A DNA stretch of 59,162 bases, the filler included. It is 8 parts of 8 records of this genome, joined end to end, with 100 filler letters (N's around TTAATTAATTAA, not from the genome) between each part and the next. Parts side by side here need not be neighbours in the genome. Positions count along the whole stretch, not along the records: positions 28,008 to 34,452 come from SRR31156797_57181; positions 34,553 to 46,466 come from SRR31156797_57194; 6 more parts are not named here. One strand, given 5' to 3'. Shown in pieces: positions 28,288 to 37,575 of the stretch. A program made the position numbers and the translations under genes. Below the pieces are notes generated by a model that searched no databases, was not told where the DNA came from, and saw only the letters and a program-made list of their open reading frames with translations. The first letter of the stretch is position 1. The number at the start of each line of letters is the position of its first letter.

Positions 28288-29079
28288 ATGCGAAGAAAAA
28301 ACGCATTGGTTGTGGGCATTGCCAACACCGGCAGCATCAGCGCCGCCATTGCCCGTGAACTTTACACAAACGGATATAAGATCATCCCCACCTACCTGAA
28401 CGAAAAGGCCCTGCCCTACGTAAAGGAGGTGACGGACGACCTGGGGGTCGACACCCTGTTTCCCTTCCGGGTGGGGGACGAGCAGGCCCTTTGCGCCCTG
28501 ATCGATCACCTGCGGGAGCACGGCATCCGCCTGGACGCCTTTGTCCATGGCATCGCCTTTGCCGCCGAGATGAAAAAAGAGCTCCACGATGTATCCTGGA
28601 AGAGCTTCCGGGAGTCCACCCGCATCTCCGCCTTCTCCATGGTGGAGATCACCTCCAAACTGATGGAAACGGACGTGTTCAATCCCGGCGGCAGCATCCT
28701 CACCCTCTCCTACATCGGCTCCCACCTGGCCGTGGAGGGCTACAACATGATGGGGCCCGTCAAAAGCATCCTGGAGGCCCTGGTGCGGGGCCTTGCATCG
28801 GAACTGGGCGGCAGGGGCATCCGGGTAAACGCCCTCTCCCCGGGTCCGGTGATGACCCGGGCCGCCTCGGGTATCAAGGGATTTGATAATTTGCTGCGGG
28901 TGGCCACCGAAGCCTCTCCCCTGGACCGTACGGCCACCATGAAGGATATCGGCAAAATCGCCTGTGAGGTGATCGAAAACCCGGCCATCAACGGCGTGGT
29001 CTACCCGGTGGACTGCGGCGCAAGCGTCACCGTACCGGTAAGTCCCGAAGAGGAAAAGGAAAAAGGAGCCCCCGAATGA
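28288..29079 (+). CDS. fabI: Enoyl-ACP reductase FabI-like, catalytic motif intact
   Basis: GIANTGSIS, HGIAFA, TLSYIG, YNMMGPVK (Y152-x6-K159), SPGPVMTRAASGI; GGAGG RBS. Confidence 0.88.
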   Translation: MRRKNALVVGIANTGSISAAIARELYTNGYKIIPTYLNEKALPYVKEVTDDLGVDTLFPFRVGDEQALCALIDHLREHGIRLDAFVHGIAFAAEMKKELHDVSWKSFRESTRISAFSMVEITSKLMETDVFNPGGSILTLSYIGSHLAVEGYNMMGPVKSILEALVRGLASELGGRGIRVNALSPGPVMTRAASGIKGFDNLLRVATEASPLDRTATMKDIGKIACEVIENPAINGVVYPVDCGASVTVPVSPEEEKEKGAPE

Positions 29080-29840
29080 AAAAGCGTAACGCCCTTATCA
29101 TCGGCATCCGGAACGAAGAGAGCGTCTGCACCGCCCTGGCCATGGAGATCAAGCGCGCAGGCTACAATATCTACGCCACCTACGAAGACGAGAAAACCTT
29201 TGACTCGGTCAGCCGGGTGGCCAGGGATTTCGGTTTCCGAAAAATATTCAAGTACGACGCCCGCAAGGACGAAGACCTGACCCGTCTCGCCGAAGCCCTC
29301 GAGGCCGAAGAGATCCTCCTCGACATCCTGGTCCACGGCATCTCCTATTCCACGGCTGCCGGCGCCCGCCTGAACCTCCCCCTCACCGAAGTGAGCTGGG
29401 AGGAATTCACCGATGCCGTACGGGTGGGGGCCTTTTCCCTGGTGGAACTGTCTGGGGCCCTGCTGGACCGCTTCCGGGAAGGGGCGTCCATCCTCACCCT
29501 CACCCTGCGCTGGAGCAAAGTGGCAGTTCCAGGTTTCAACGTGGTGGGCGCGGCCAAGGCCGCCCTGGAATCCATTGTCCGGGGGCTTGCCCAATCCCTG
29601 GGCAAGGCCAAACGGATACGGGTCAACGGGTTGTCGCCGGGATTCGTGCACAGCCCGTCCCTGTCCAAGGTCGGCAACAGCCTTTTGATCCTGGAACGAG
29701 AAAAGAACCGCTCCCCCCTGAAGCGCAATGTGCGCAAGAAGGAAATCGCAAGCTTAGGAATCAGCCTGCTCACAAACAGCTCCATCACAGGCATGATCTA
29801 CACCATCGATTGCGGCGTGGAAACCATGGAATGCCTTTAA
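29076..29840 (+). CDS. Second FabI-like SDR with catalytic Tyr replaced by Phe
   Basis: GIRNEESVC, HGISYS, TLTLRWS, FNVVGAAK, RVNGLSPG, SPLKRNV, IDCG; start overlaps the upstream stop (ATGA). Confidence 0.85.
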   Translation: MKKRNALIIGIRNEESVCTALAMEIKRAGYNIYATYEDEKTFDSVSRVARDFGFRKIFKYDARKDEDLTRLAEALEAEEILLDILVHGISYSTAAGARLNLPLTEVSWEEFTDAVRVGAFSLVELSGALLDRFREGASILTLTLRWSKVAVPGFNVVGAAKAALESIVRGLAQSLGKAKRIRVNGLSPGFVHSPSLSKVGNSLLILEREKNRSPLKRNVRKKEIASLGISLLTNSSITGMIYTIDCGVETMECL

Positions 29841-30092
29841 AGCCGAATCACGAATAAAAAGCCATGGTCATAATTGATAGCCGGGTTGCAATGGGACAGC
29901 CCCCTATTGAGTTTTATCTGCAAGGCGAATTTGGAGTACAGGTATACTTTGTAGGCGATTGCTGCTTACTTGTTCTTACATTACAGCAAGGTTAGTCGTA
30001 TAGTGAATAAATGTGATAATTAAAGACTTATCCCCTGACCCTTTAGAGACTGCCTAACTCGTAACTGAGATAGTACACATCATGGAGGAAAA

Positions 30093-30605
30093 ATGAGTTT
30101 CACAAGTGCCCAAACCAGCAATGAGAGCATACAAAACAGCACTACAAACGGTGAAATCAGCATCAACAAAACTCAGCGGGTTTATCTGGACCTTCTCTCC
30201 AGAGATGTTAATGCGATGCATCAGGTCTTTCACATGTGGAAGCCAGTTAATAAGAAGTGGGGGCTCTATTTTGCCCACCACAGCCACATTCTTGTATTGG
30301 ACATGACCCGCAGGGCGATACTTAACTTTGGGCTCTTTTATTCCAGAACAACAAAGAAAGCCTACATAGCCATAAGAAAGGGACAGCCTAGTATTCAAGA
30401 AGGCTGGGAATCCTACAAAAAAAGCGGGAGTTACAGCCCAAATCCTCTTGAAGTGAGTGGTGTAGATATCCAGGACGCTTTTGATTACGCGGCATACAAG
30501 TGCAGCAGCGACTACCAGAAGTATTACAACAACTGCCAGAAGTTCGCGAGAATCTTCATGGAGCAACTGGGCTCAAGGCACAACAGGAATCCGTTTCATC
30601 CATGA
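30093..30605 (+). CDS. Hypothetical protein, permuted papain-like (PPPDE/LRAT-like) candidate
   Basis: His cluster AHHSH (62-65) precedes YQKYYNNCQKFA (Cys148), the His-first, NC-later order of permuted NlpC/P60 proteins; GGAGG RBS; AT-richer than its flanks. Confidence 0.6.
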   Translation: MSFTSAQTSNESIQNSTTNGEISINKTQRVYLDLLSRDVNAMHQVFHMWKPVNKKWGLYFAHHSHILVLDMTRRAILNFGLFYSRTTKKAYIAIRKGQPSIQEGWESYKKSGSYSPNPLEVSGVDIQDAFDYAAYKCSSDYQKYYNNCQKFARIFMEQLGSRHNRNPFHP

Positions 30606-30863
30606 CAAATAGATACCCTGCTGAGAACAGTATTGACCAGGGGGCACGTGAAAAAGGTGACAGACCTATTTGAAATGATGGTATAACATAAGTCGGCCAC
30701 CCCATGCTGAGACCATTGTACCCACTAAGCACGTACCAGTTCGAATCTGGTATCCCGGTGATCATTCCGTTCCGCAAAACAGTCGGTTCTTCCGTTCAGC
30801 AGCGAAGGGCCTGATACAATTTACAGCCGGATAAGAAATTACTTTTTGTCAACAGAGGTGGAG

Positions 30864-32096
30864 ATGACATTGCCAATTGCCTGCCATGATTGTGACCAGA
30901 TACATCAGGTCGGCCCTGTGCCTGAAAACGGCATTGCCAGGTGCTCCCGCTGCGGCGCGGTGTTGCTGCACCACAAGCCACGCAGCCTGGACCGGGTCCT
31001 GGCATTGACCCTGGCGAGTCTCGTGTTGTTCGTGCTGGCAAACATCTTTCCGTTTCTGGGGTTTAGAATGGGCGCCCTTGTCCGTGAAACCAGGTTGATC
31101 ACCGGGATTTATGAATTATCTGTCCAGGGCGAGTGGGCCATGGCAACCGTGGTAACCCTGACGACCATCGTCGTGCCGGTATTGCAGATGATCTGTCTGC
31201 TGTACCTGTTGATACCGCTGAAGATGAACCGGGTTCCCGGGCAGGCGAGGCGGGTGTTCCTATGGAGCCTGTACCTGAAACCCTGGGGCATGGTGGAGGT
31301 GTTCCTGTTCGGCATCCTGGTGGCCTATGTCAAACTGGCCGGGATGGCCACCGTCGTACCCGGGATGGCCGCCTTTTCCTTCATGGCCCTGGTGGTGGTG
31401 CTGACGGCTTCCATGGCAGCCATGGACGAGCATCTGGTCTGGGCAAGCATGCCGGTGGAACACGGCCACCGCCTCGGCCATACGGCTGATGGCCCTTTGA
31501 TCTCCTGTCATCGCTGCCACCTGCTCTGCCGGGGGGACGCCCGCAATCGCCTTCGGATGAAATGCCCCCGGTGCGGCGTGTCGCTCCATCGCCGTAAACC
31601 CGACAGCATTTCCCGGACCTGGGCCCTGGTGGTGGCGGCTTTGATCTTTTATATCCCAGCCAACGTGCTGCCCATCACCGTGGTCACCTCCCTGGGCGGC
31701 AAACAGGCCGATACCATCATCAGCGGTGTGATCTATTTTTTACTCCACGGCAGCTGGCCCATTGCCCTGGTCATTTTCACGGCCAGTGTTTGTGTGCCCC
31801 TGATGAAAATAGGAGCGCTGGTGTACCTGTTGGTCTCGGTCCAGCTCAGATCCGGATGGCGGCCCGTGGACCGCACCCGGTTATACCGCATCACCGAAGT
31901 GGTGGGACGCTGGTCCATGATCGATGTCTTTGTGGTGACGATTCTGGTGGCCATGGTGAACCTTGGGGCCCTTGCCTCCATTGATGCGGGTCCGGCGGCC
32001 GTCTACTTTTGCGCGGTGGTGATCATCACCATGTTCGCCGCCATGAGCTTTGATCCCCGGCTTATCTGGGATAATTGTGGGAAAAACCATGAATGA
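30864..32096 (+). CDS. pqiA: Paraquat-inducible protein A (PqiA), two-domain membrane protein
   Basis: CHDCD..CSRCG and CHRC..CPRCG, ANIFP, PWGMVEVF, YIPANVLP, GRWSMIDVFVV, FDPRLIWD. Confidence 0.95.
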   Translation: MTLPIACHDCDQIHQVGPVPENGIARCSRCGAVLLHHKPRSLDRVLALTLASLVLFVLANIFPFLGFRMGALVRETRLITGIYELSVQGEWAMATVVTLTTIVVPVLQMICLLYLLIPLKMNRVPGQARRVFLWSLYLKPWGMVEVFLFGILVAYVKLAGMATVVPGMAAFSFMALVVVLTASMAAMDEHLVWASMPVEHGHRLGHTADGPLISCHRCHLLCRGDARNRLRMKCPRCGVSLHRRKPDSISRTWALVVAALIFYIPANVLPITVVTSLGGKQADTIISGVIYFLLHGSWPIALVIFTASVCVPLMKIGALVYLLVSVQLRSGWRPVDRTRLYRITEVVGRWSMIDVFVVTILVAMVNLGALASIDAGPAAVYFCAVVIITMFAAMSFDPRLIWDNCGKNHE

Positions 32097-33750
32097 TCAG
32101 CAACGGCAGGACACCAACGTTTCAGATGCGGCCCAGGCCATTGTGGAAAAACCGCGAAAAGGCGTTTCCATTGTATGGATCGTGCCCCTGGTCGCCCTTT
32201 TGATCGGCGGGTGGCTGGTTTACAAAGCCGTCACGGAAAAAGGCCCCGTCATCACCATCACCTTCCAGAACGCCGAGGGGCTGGAGGCCGGTAAAACCAA
32301 AATCAAATTCAAGAACGTTGAGGTGGGACGGGTAGAGGAGATCCATCTCAGCCAGGACCTGTCCCACATCATTGTCACGGCCCAACTGATGAAGGACGCC
32401 AAAGACTATTTGTCGGAGAACACCCGTTTCTGGGTGGTGCGGGCCCGGGTGGCCGGCAGCGGTGTCAGCGGTCTTGGCACCCTCTTTTCGGGGGCGTATA
32501 TCGGTATGGATCCGGGAAAATCCGGCAGGAAGGCCATCTCTTTTACAGGCCTGGAAACCCCGCCCATCGTCACCACGGATCTTCCCGGCCGCCATTTCAT
32601 GCTCAAGGCAAAAAGACTGGGGTCCCTGGATGTCGGCCTGCCCGTCTATTTCCGGCAGATCAAGGTGGGACAGGTGGTGGCCTACGAACTGGGAAAAGAC
32701 GGACAATCGGTTGATATCAAAATCTTCATTTACGCCCCCCACCATGACCGGGTGCGCAAAGATACACGCTTCTGGGAGGCCGGGGGGCTGGACGTCACCG
32801 TTGATGCCAACGGCCTCAAACTGAACATGGAATCCGTTATCACCCTTATGATCGGCGGCATCGCCTTTGAGACCCCGAGGGATGCCGAATCCGATCCCGT
32901 TGCCCGGGAGGGTGAGGTGTTCCGGCTCTACGAAAACCGGGAAGAGATATACAAAAAAACCTATACCCGGAAAATCCGCTGGCTCATGAACTTTGAAGGT
33001 TCGGTGGACGGTCTTTCCGTGGGCGCGCCGGTTAAATTCCGGGGGATCAGGATAGGAAAGGTCCTTGATATAACCCTTGCGTTTGACTACGATGCCATGG
33101 CCTTTCGAATCCCCGTGGCCATAGAACTGGAACCGGAACGGTTTACCATGACCGGCAAACAGCCCATCGATGCACGGCGGGGGATCGAAATCCTTGTGGA
33201 AAAGGGGCTGAGGGCACAGCTCAAGCAGGGGAACCTTCTGACCGGCCAACTCTACATTGAACTTGATATCTATCCGAAGGAACCGCCCCGGAAGATTCTT
33301 TACGACGGGAGATACCCGGAGCTGCCGACCATCCCGACCCCCTTGGAAGAAATCACAAAGGGCATTACCCATATTGTGGAAAAACTGGAAAAGCTGCCCC
33401 TGGAACAGATCAGCAGCGATCTTTCAAACACCCTGTCGATCATGGGCAAGGCCGCCGACCAAATCAGCAATGATTTTTCAAACACCCTGTCGGACCTGAA
33501 CAAAGCCGCCAAACAGATCACCCTCCTCGTGCAGAACCTGGACCGGACGGTTGCCCCGGCCGCCGCCGACACCCTGAGACAATCCCAGATCACCCTGACC
33601 AAGCTGAACAGGGTGTTGAGCGCGGAGTCTCCCACGGGGCATGAATTGAAACGCGCACTGGCGGAGATGGCCGATGCGGCAAGGAATATGAGCGAACTTG
33701 CGGACTACCTGGAACGGCACCCCGAATCCCTGTTTTTTGGAAAGGAATAA
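32089..33750 (+). CDS. pqiB: PqiB, three-MCE-domain intermembrane transport protein
   Basis: VWIVPLVAL, AEGLEAGKT, GLGTLFSGAYI, GLSVGAPVKFRGI, GLRAQLKQGNLLTG, YLERHPESLFFGK. Confidence 0.95.
   Translation: MNDQQRQDTNVSDAAQAIVEKPRKGVSIVWIVPLVALLIGGWLVYKAVTEKGPVITITFQNAEGLEAGKTKIKFKNVEVGRVEEIHLSQDLSHIIVTAQLMKDAKDYLSENTRFWVVRARVAGSGVSGLGTLFSGAYIGMDPGKSGRKAISFTGLETPPIVTTDLPGRHFMLKAKRLGSLDVGLPVYFRQIKVGQVVAYELGKDGQSVDIKIFIYAPHHDRVRKDTRFWEAGGLDVTVDANGLKLNMESVITLMIGGIAFETPRDAESDPVAREGEVFRLYENREEIYKKTYTRKIRWLMNFEGSVDGLSVGAPVKFRGIRIGKVLDITLAFDYDAMAFRIPVAIELEPERFTMTGKQPIDARRGIEILVEKGLRAQLKQGNLLTGQLYIELDIYPKEPPRKILYDGRYPELPTIPTPLEEITKGITHIVEKLEKLPLEQISSDLSNTLSIMGKAADQISNDFSNTLSDLNKAAKQITLLVQNLDRTVAPAAADTLRQSQITLTKLNRVLSAESPTGHELKRALAEMADAARNMSELADYLERHPESLFFGKE
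33406..33513 (+). repeat. 54-bp (18-codon) imperfect tandem duplication inside pqiB
   Basis: QISSDLSNTLSIMGKAAD (33406-33459) and QISNDFSNTLSDLNKAAK (33460-33513); shared DNA core TTTCAAACACCCTGTCG. Confidence 0.9.
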
Positions 33751-33771
33751 CCAATGAAACAAGGAGTAAAA

Positions 33772-34452
33772 ATGAAGACCTTCACCAGTAGCGTACTTAT
33801 ACTTTTTCTCGCCGGTTCAGTGAATGCTGCAACCTTTTCAATTGGCGGTAAGGATCTTGAGATTCCTTCGCCAAATGGATTTTCCCGGGTTACACAAGAA
33901 ATGGATGCTGCCTACCGTTTGAGTCTACGGATGGCTGATCCGATGAATGATCTGTTGGCATGCTACATTGCTGAATCAGATGTTCCCGAAGCGACGGCCG
34001 CAGCACTTCCATTCTTTGAGCATTATTGTGCTCTCAAGGTCAACAAGCAACTTAAAAACATGGTGATAGGTTCCAAGGAGTTCACTGAGGTCAAAGACGT
34101 CATCAAACAACAAAACAAAGAGATCCTCAAGTCTGTGGAAACACAAATACCCGATTTGATGGAAAAGAAAAGCAAAGCAATCAGTAAAGAGTTTGATGTG
34201 GATTTTGCATTGAAATTGTCTCAGATTGTTCCGCTTGATCCACATTATGAAACAGACAATGCATTCGCCTATTCAATGTACATAAACTATGGGGCCACCG
34301 TTGAAGGATCAAAGGCGGATTTCATTGTTTCCGCAACGGCCACGTTCGTAAATGTGGCAGGTAAGCTCCTTTTTCTTTACTGCTATGGACCGCAAGAAGA
34401 ATTAGAGTGGACCCGAAGCACATCAGAAGCCTGGGCAGGTACGGTTATGGCA
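33772..34452 (+). CDS. Hypothetical exported protein, 3' truncated
   Basis: AAGGAG RBS; Sec signal MKTFTSSVLILFLAGSVNA; no lipobox Cys; no recognisable PqiC motifs. Confidence 0.75.
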
Positions 34453-34552
34453 NNNNNNNNNNNNNNNNNNNNNNNNNNNNNNNNNNNNNNNNNNNNTTAA
34501 TTAATTAANNNNNNNNNNNNNNNNNNNNNNNNNNNNNNNNNNNNNNNNNNNN
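34453..34552. other. Artificial contig linker 5
   Basis: N-run, TTAATTAATTAA, N-run. Confidence 0.99.
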
Positions 34553-36714
34553 GTTTCGGTTTTTATATCTCTTAAGTCAATGGTAACACCGGAAAAAACA
34601 TTGGCCATTTCTGTTACGATATCAATATTTAGAAAATTTTCGTTATTATAAATACTATGGTAATTTCCCCGAGATTTTTCTATGAAGAGAGGCACTTCGT
34701 TTTCTTTCTTAATAAATGACGCTTTCTGACAGGTTAGTATGCACTCATCATCCATGCTCTCTTTTTTGCAGCCAAGAACCTGATGCAACAAACATTGTCG
34801 GCTGGTCATAAGCATAATGGGGTGATAGATACTGTAGTATAATTTAAAATCTTCCGGTCTTTTTATATACCTTATCTGGTCTTTGCTTATTTCATTGGAG
34901 ATAAATGCTCCTGCGCAGTTAAAAACTTCTTTTAATGCTAATAAACTGTAAGAATTTACGCTGTTGAAATAAGGCCCTGCAATCCACTCTATCCCTCTTT
35001 TAAAAGCCTCGTAGGCGATTCCTGAATTGTTGGTTACGATGCGCCTTGGTTGTATTTGCTGGAGGAGCTCCACCGCATCGTTGTAGTCTTCACCAATGAG
35101 GATAGCTGGAAACCATGGAGTTATTCTTTTGTTTTTATAAAATAAATCAATCAAGTGTCTCTGGATACTTTTTAAACAGTTGGGAATGTAAAAATAGATC
35201 TCAGCGGCTGTTTTGTCGCAAAGGTGTATATCCTTATCAGAAGAGATAAGTATAGACAGCGTGGGTTTGGCAGAAACGCCAGGTTGCTTTTTTAGGACAG
35301 GAATAATTGGTGGTATGGGTGCTTTTTCGGAACCCCGTAATACATATATAATTTCTTTTTTTATGGCATGAATGTCTTTGAACGGTATAAATAGGTCCGG
35401 TAGCAGGTGTTGCAGGTTTATGGAATCGATGAAAAATTCTGTATCATTTATCGGTTTGAATACTTTTTTAAAAGTTTCATGTCCCAGGCAATAGGGAGTT
35501 GTTTTTTGAATTTTAGGGGCACTATTATGACCGCCTTCGATATTTGCGTTGGCAGGGGTGAGCTCGTTTTCTGAATATAGAGTAAAGGAAGTGTCCGGAG
35601 CCTGGACATATACTTTTAAAGGCGTTCCAGGCTTACCTGAAATAGTTATAATGAGAGGATCTTTTTCAATACTTAAGACAGCAATTTTCTGTTTAACACA
35701 ATGTATTATTTCAGTTTTTTGACCATAAAGCTCTTTTTTAGCGGCATTTATATTGTCTTCATTCACCCCACCCTTTATTTCAGCCAAATGGATAGCTGAA
35801 TTGTCTCTGGGGTTATCAATAAACATGTCTTTGCTGATGGCACCCGTTAAAAAAGAACTTGAAAAATCCCTGTTAAATACTTTGTAAAGATCACTGTTAT
35901 CAGAGCTAATGGTGTTATATTGATAAAACCTTCTAATTTGCTCTTCCCAGCAGCTTACAACGGTATATACGTAATGAAATTTTTTTATTCGTCCTTCTAT
36001 TTTTACGGAATCAACTCCAGCTGATACTATTTCTCTTAGATAGAGATATGCTGAATTATCTTTCAGATTGAGGGGGAAATTTTTCCCTTGAGGGGTGATT
36101 ACATATCTATCTCGGCATGGCTGACTGCATCTTCCACGATTTCCAGACTTCCCTTTAAAAACAGAACTTATGTAGCATAGACCTGAAAAGGAGAGGCAAT
36201 ATGAACCATGAACAAACACTTCGGTCGAAATATTATTAGCATGTGCAACATCGCTTACTTCTTTAATCTCATCCTTATCTAATTCCCTAGACAGGTTGAC
36301 TCTGGTTGTACCTAGTTGTTTTAAAAATTGTATCTGTCCTTTATTGTGGGTAGTAACTTGTGTGGATGCGTGTATTTTTAAAGACGTAAAGTACTTGTGT
36401 GCAAGATAAAACATTCCTAAATCTTGAAGGATGATTCCATCAACACTTGTTTGAATCAATTTATGTAATAAACTTATGAATGCCTTTGTTTCACTCTCTA
36501 TCACTATTATGTTAAGCGTTAAAAATACTAGGCAATCATTTTTATGAGCAAGCCGTAGAATTCCGTTTAGGTCTTTGAGCGTTATATTTGCGGCCCTGTC
36601 TCTAGCATTAAACCTGTCCAACCCGCAGTAAATCGCATTAGCGCCAGCGGCAATGGCTGCCTTGATGGAATCAATATCTCCACCTGGCGCCAGTAATTCA
36701 ATTTTTTCACTCAT
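34553..36714 (-). CDS. Peptidase U32 family Fe-S protein (RlhA-like long form), 3' truncated
   Basis: ELLAPGG, GANAIYCG, HASTQ, LSREL, EVFVHGSYCLSFSGLC..SS....SGNRGRCSQPCR, KIEGR. Confidence 0.92.
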
Positions 36715-36839
36715 AGGGGTGACGACGATATTTAAAAATGTTGTTTTGTTATTTTTTGTAGTTGTTCTTTCGAGCTTGTGTCATGTACTCTTTATTGACC
36801 CTAATTACGCTGAAACATTTTGCCTAAAAAATTATTGCT

Positions 36840-37082
36840 ATGACCGCCGAACAGCCCAATAACCCATTGCATGGAATTACCCTGAAAGAGATACTCATCA
36901 AACTTGAAGATCACTATGGCTGGGAGGGTCTCGCGAGTAGAATTCGTGTAAATTGTTTTATAAAAAACCCAACGTTGAATTCCAGCTTAAAACTTCTGCG
37001 AAAAACTCCTTGGGCTCGAGAAAAAGTCGAAAAACTCTACATCTCCACTTTTGTAACCCCTCGTTTTCGGAGAAAAAAATAA
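36840..37082 (+). CDS. VF530/DUF2132 family small DNA-binding protein
   Basis: [14 protein letters not shown]...YGW..L...I.VNCF..NP...[19 protein letters not shown]. Confidence 0.92.
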   Translation: MTAEQPNNPLHGITLKEILIKLEDHYGWEGLASRIRVNCFIKNPTLNSSLKLLRKTPWAREKVEKLYISTFVTPRFRRKK

Positions 37083-37575
37083 GAAATACCTGTGGAGATT
37101 CGACTTTCAGTGTTTCATTTAAGCTATAACCTTTGATGGCTGTTTCACCTCTCTTTCCGAGCTATTGGGATTACCTGATTTTGATCTAATAGTCGAGCCA
37201 CTTCTAGGGCACAGCCTACGATATTGCTGCTAATTACGTCCTTTTAGGCAGCAATGCACCACCATTCGGTGGTCTTCTTGGATTATCTTTTTCTTAGAAG
37301 GTCCTTATTGGCGATTGTTCAACAGAATGGCGGTAAGCGCTCGAGGGTTCACTCCATTTGATAAGACACTTCTCTACTAAAAACGTATCCGTACTATTTA
37401 CCCTCCCAACAGACTGTATCCTGTTGTTTGTTCCTCATATTGCTTTTTCACAATCCCCTCTTACCATAATTATTAGAGGATTTATCCAGTACTCGGTCAT
37501 CAATTGGTAGAAGATATCTTTTCTTATGGGTTACCCGGATAATCCGCACTCTTCTCTCTGAACGGAGGTTTTCCC

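Noticed and set aside
30054..30566. 170-aa minus-strand ORF opposite the PPPDE-like gene
   Set aside because: The plus-strand ORF has a GGAGG RBS and a catalytic-looking motif; this one shows no recognisable motif.
32122..33372. 416-aa minus-strand ORF
   Set aside because: Antisense shadow of pqiB.
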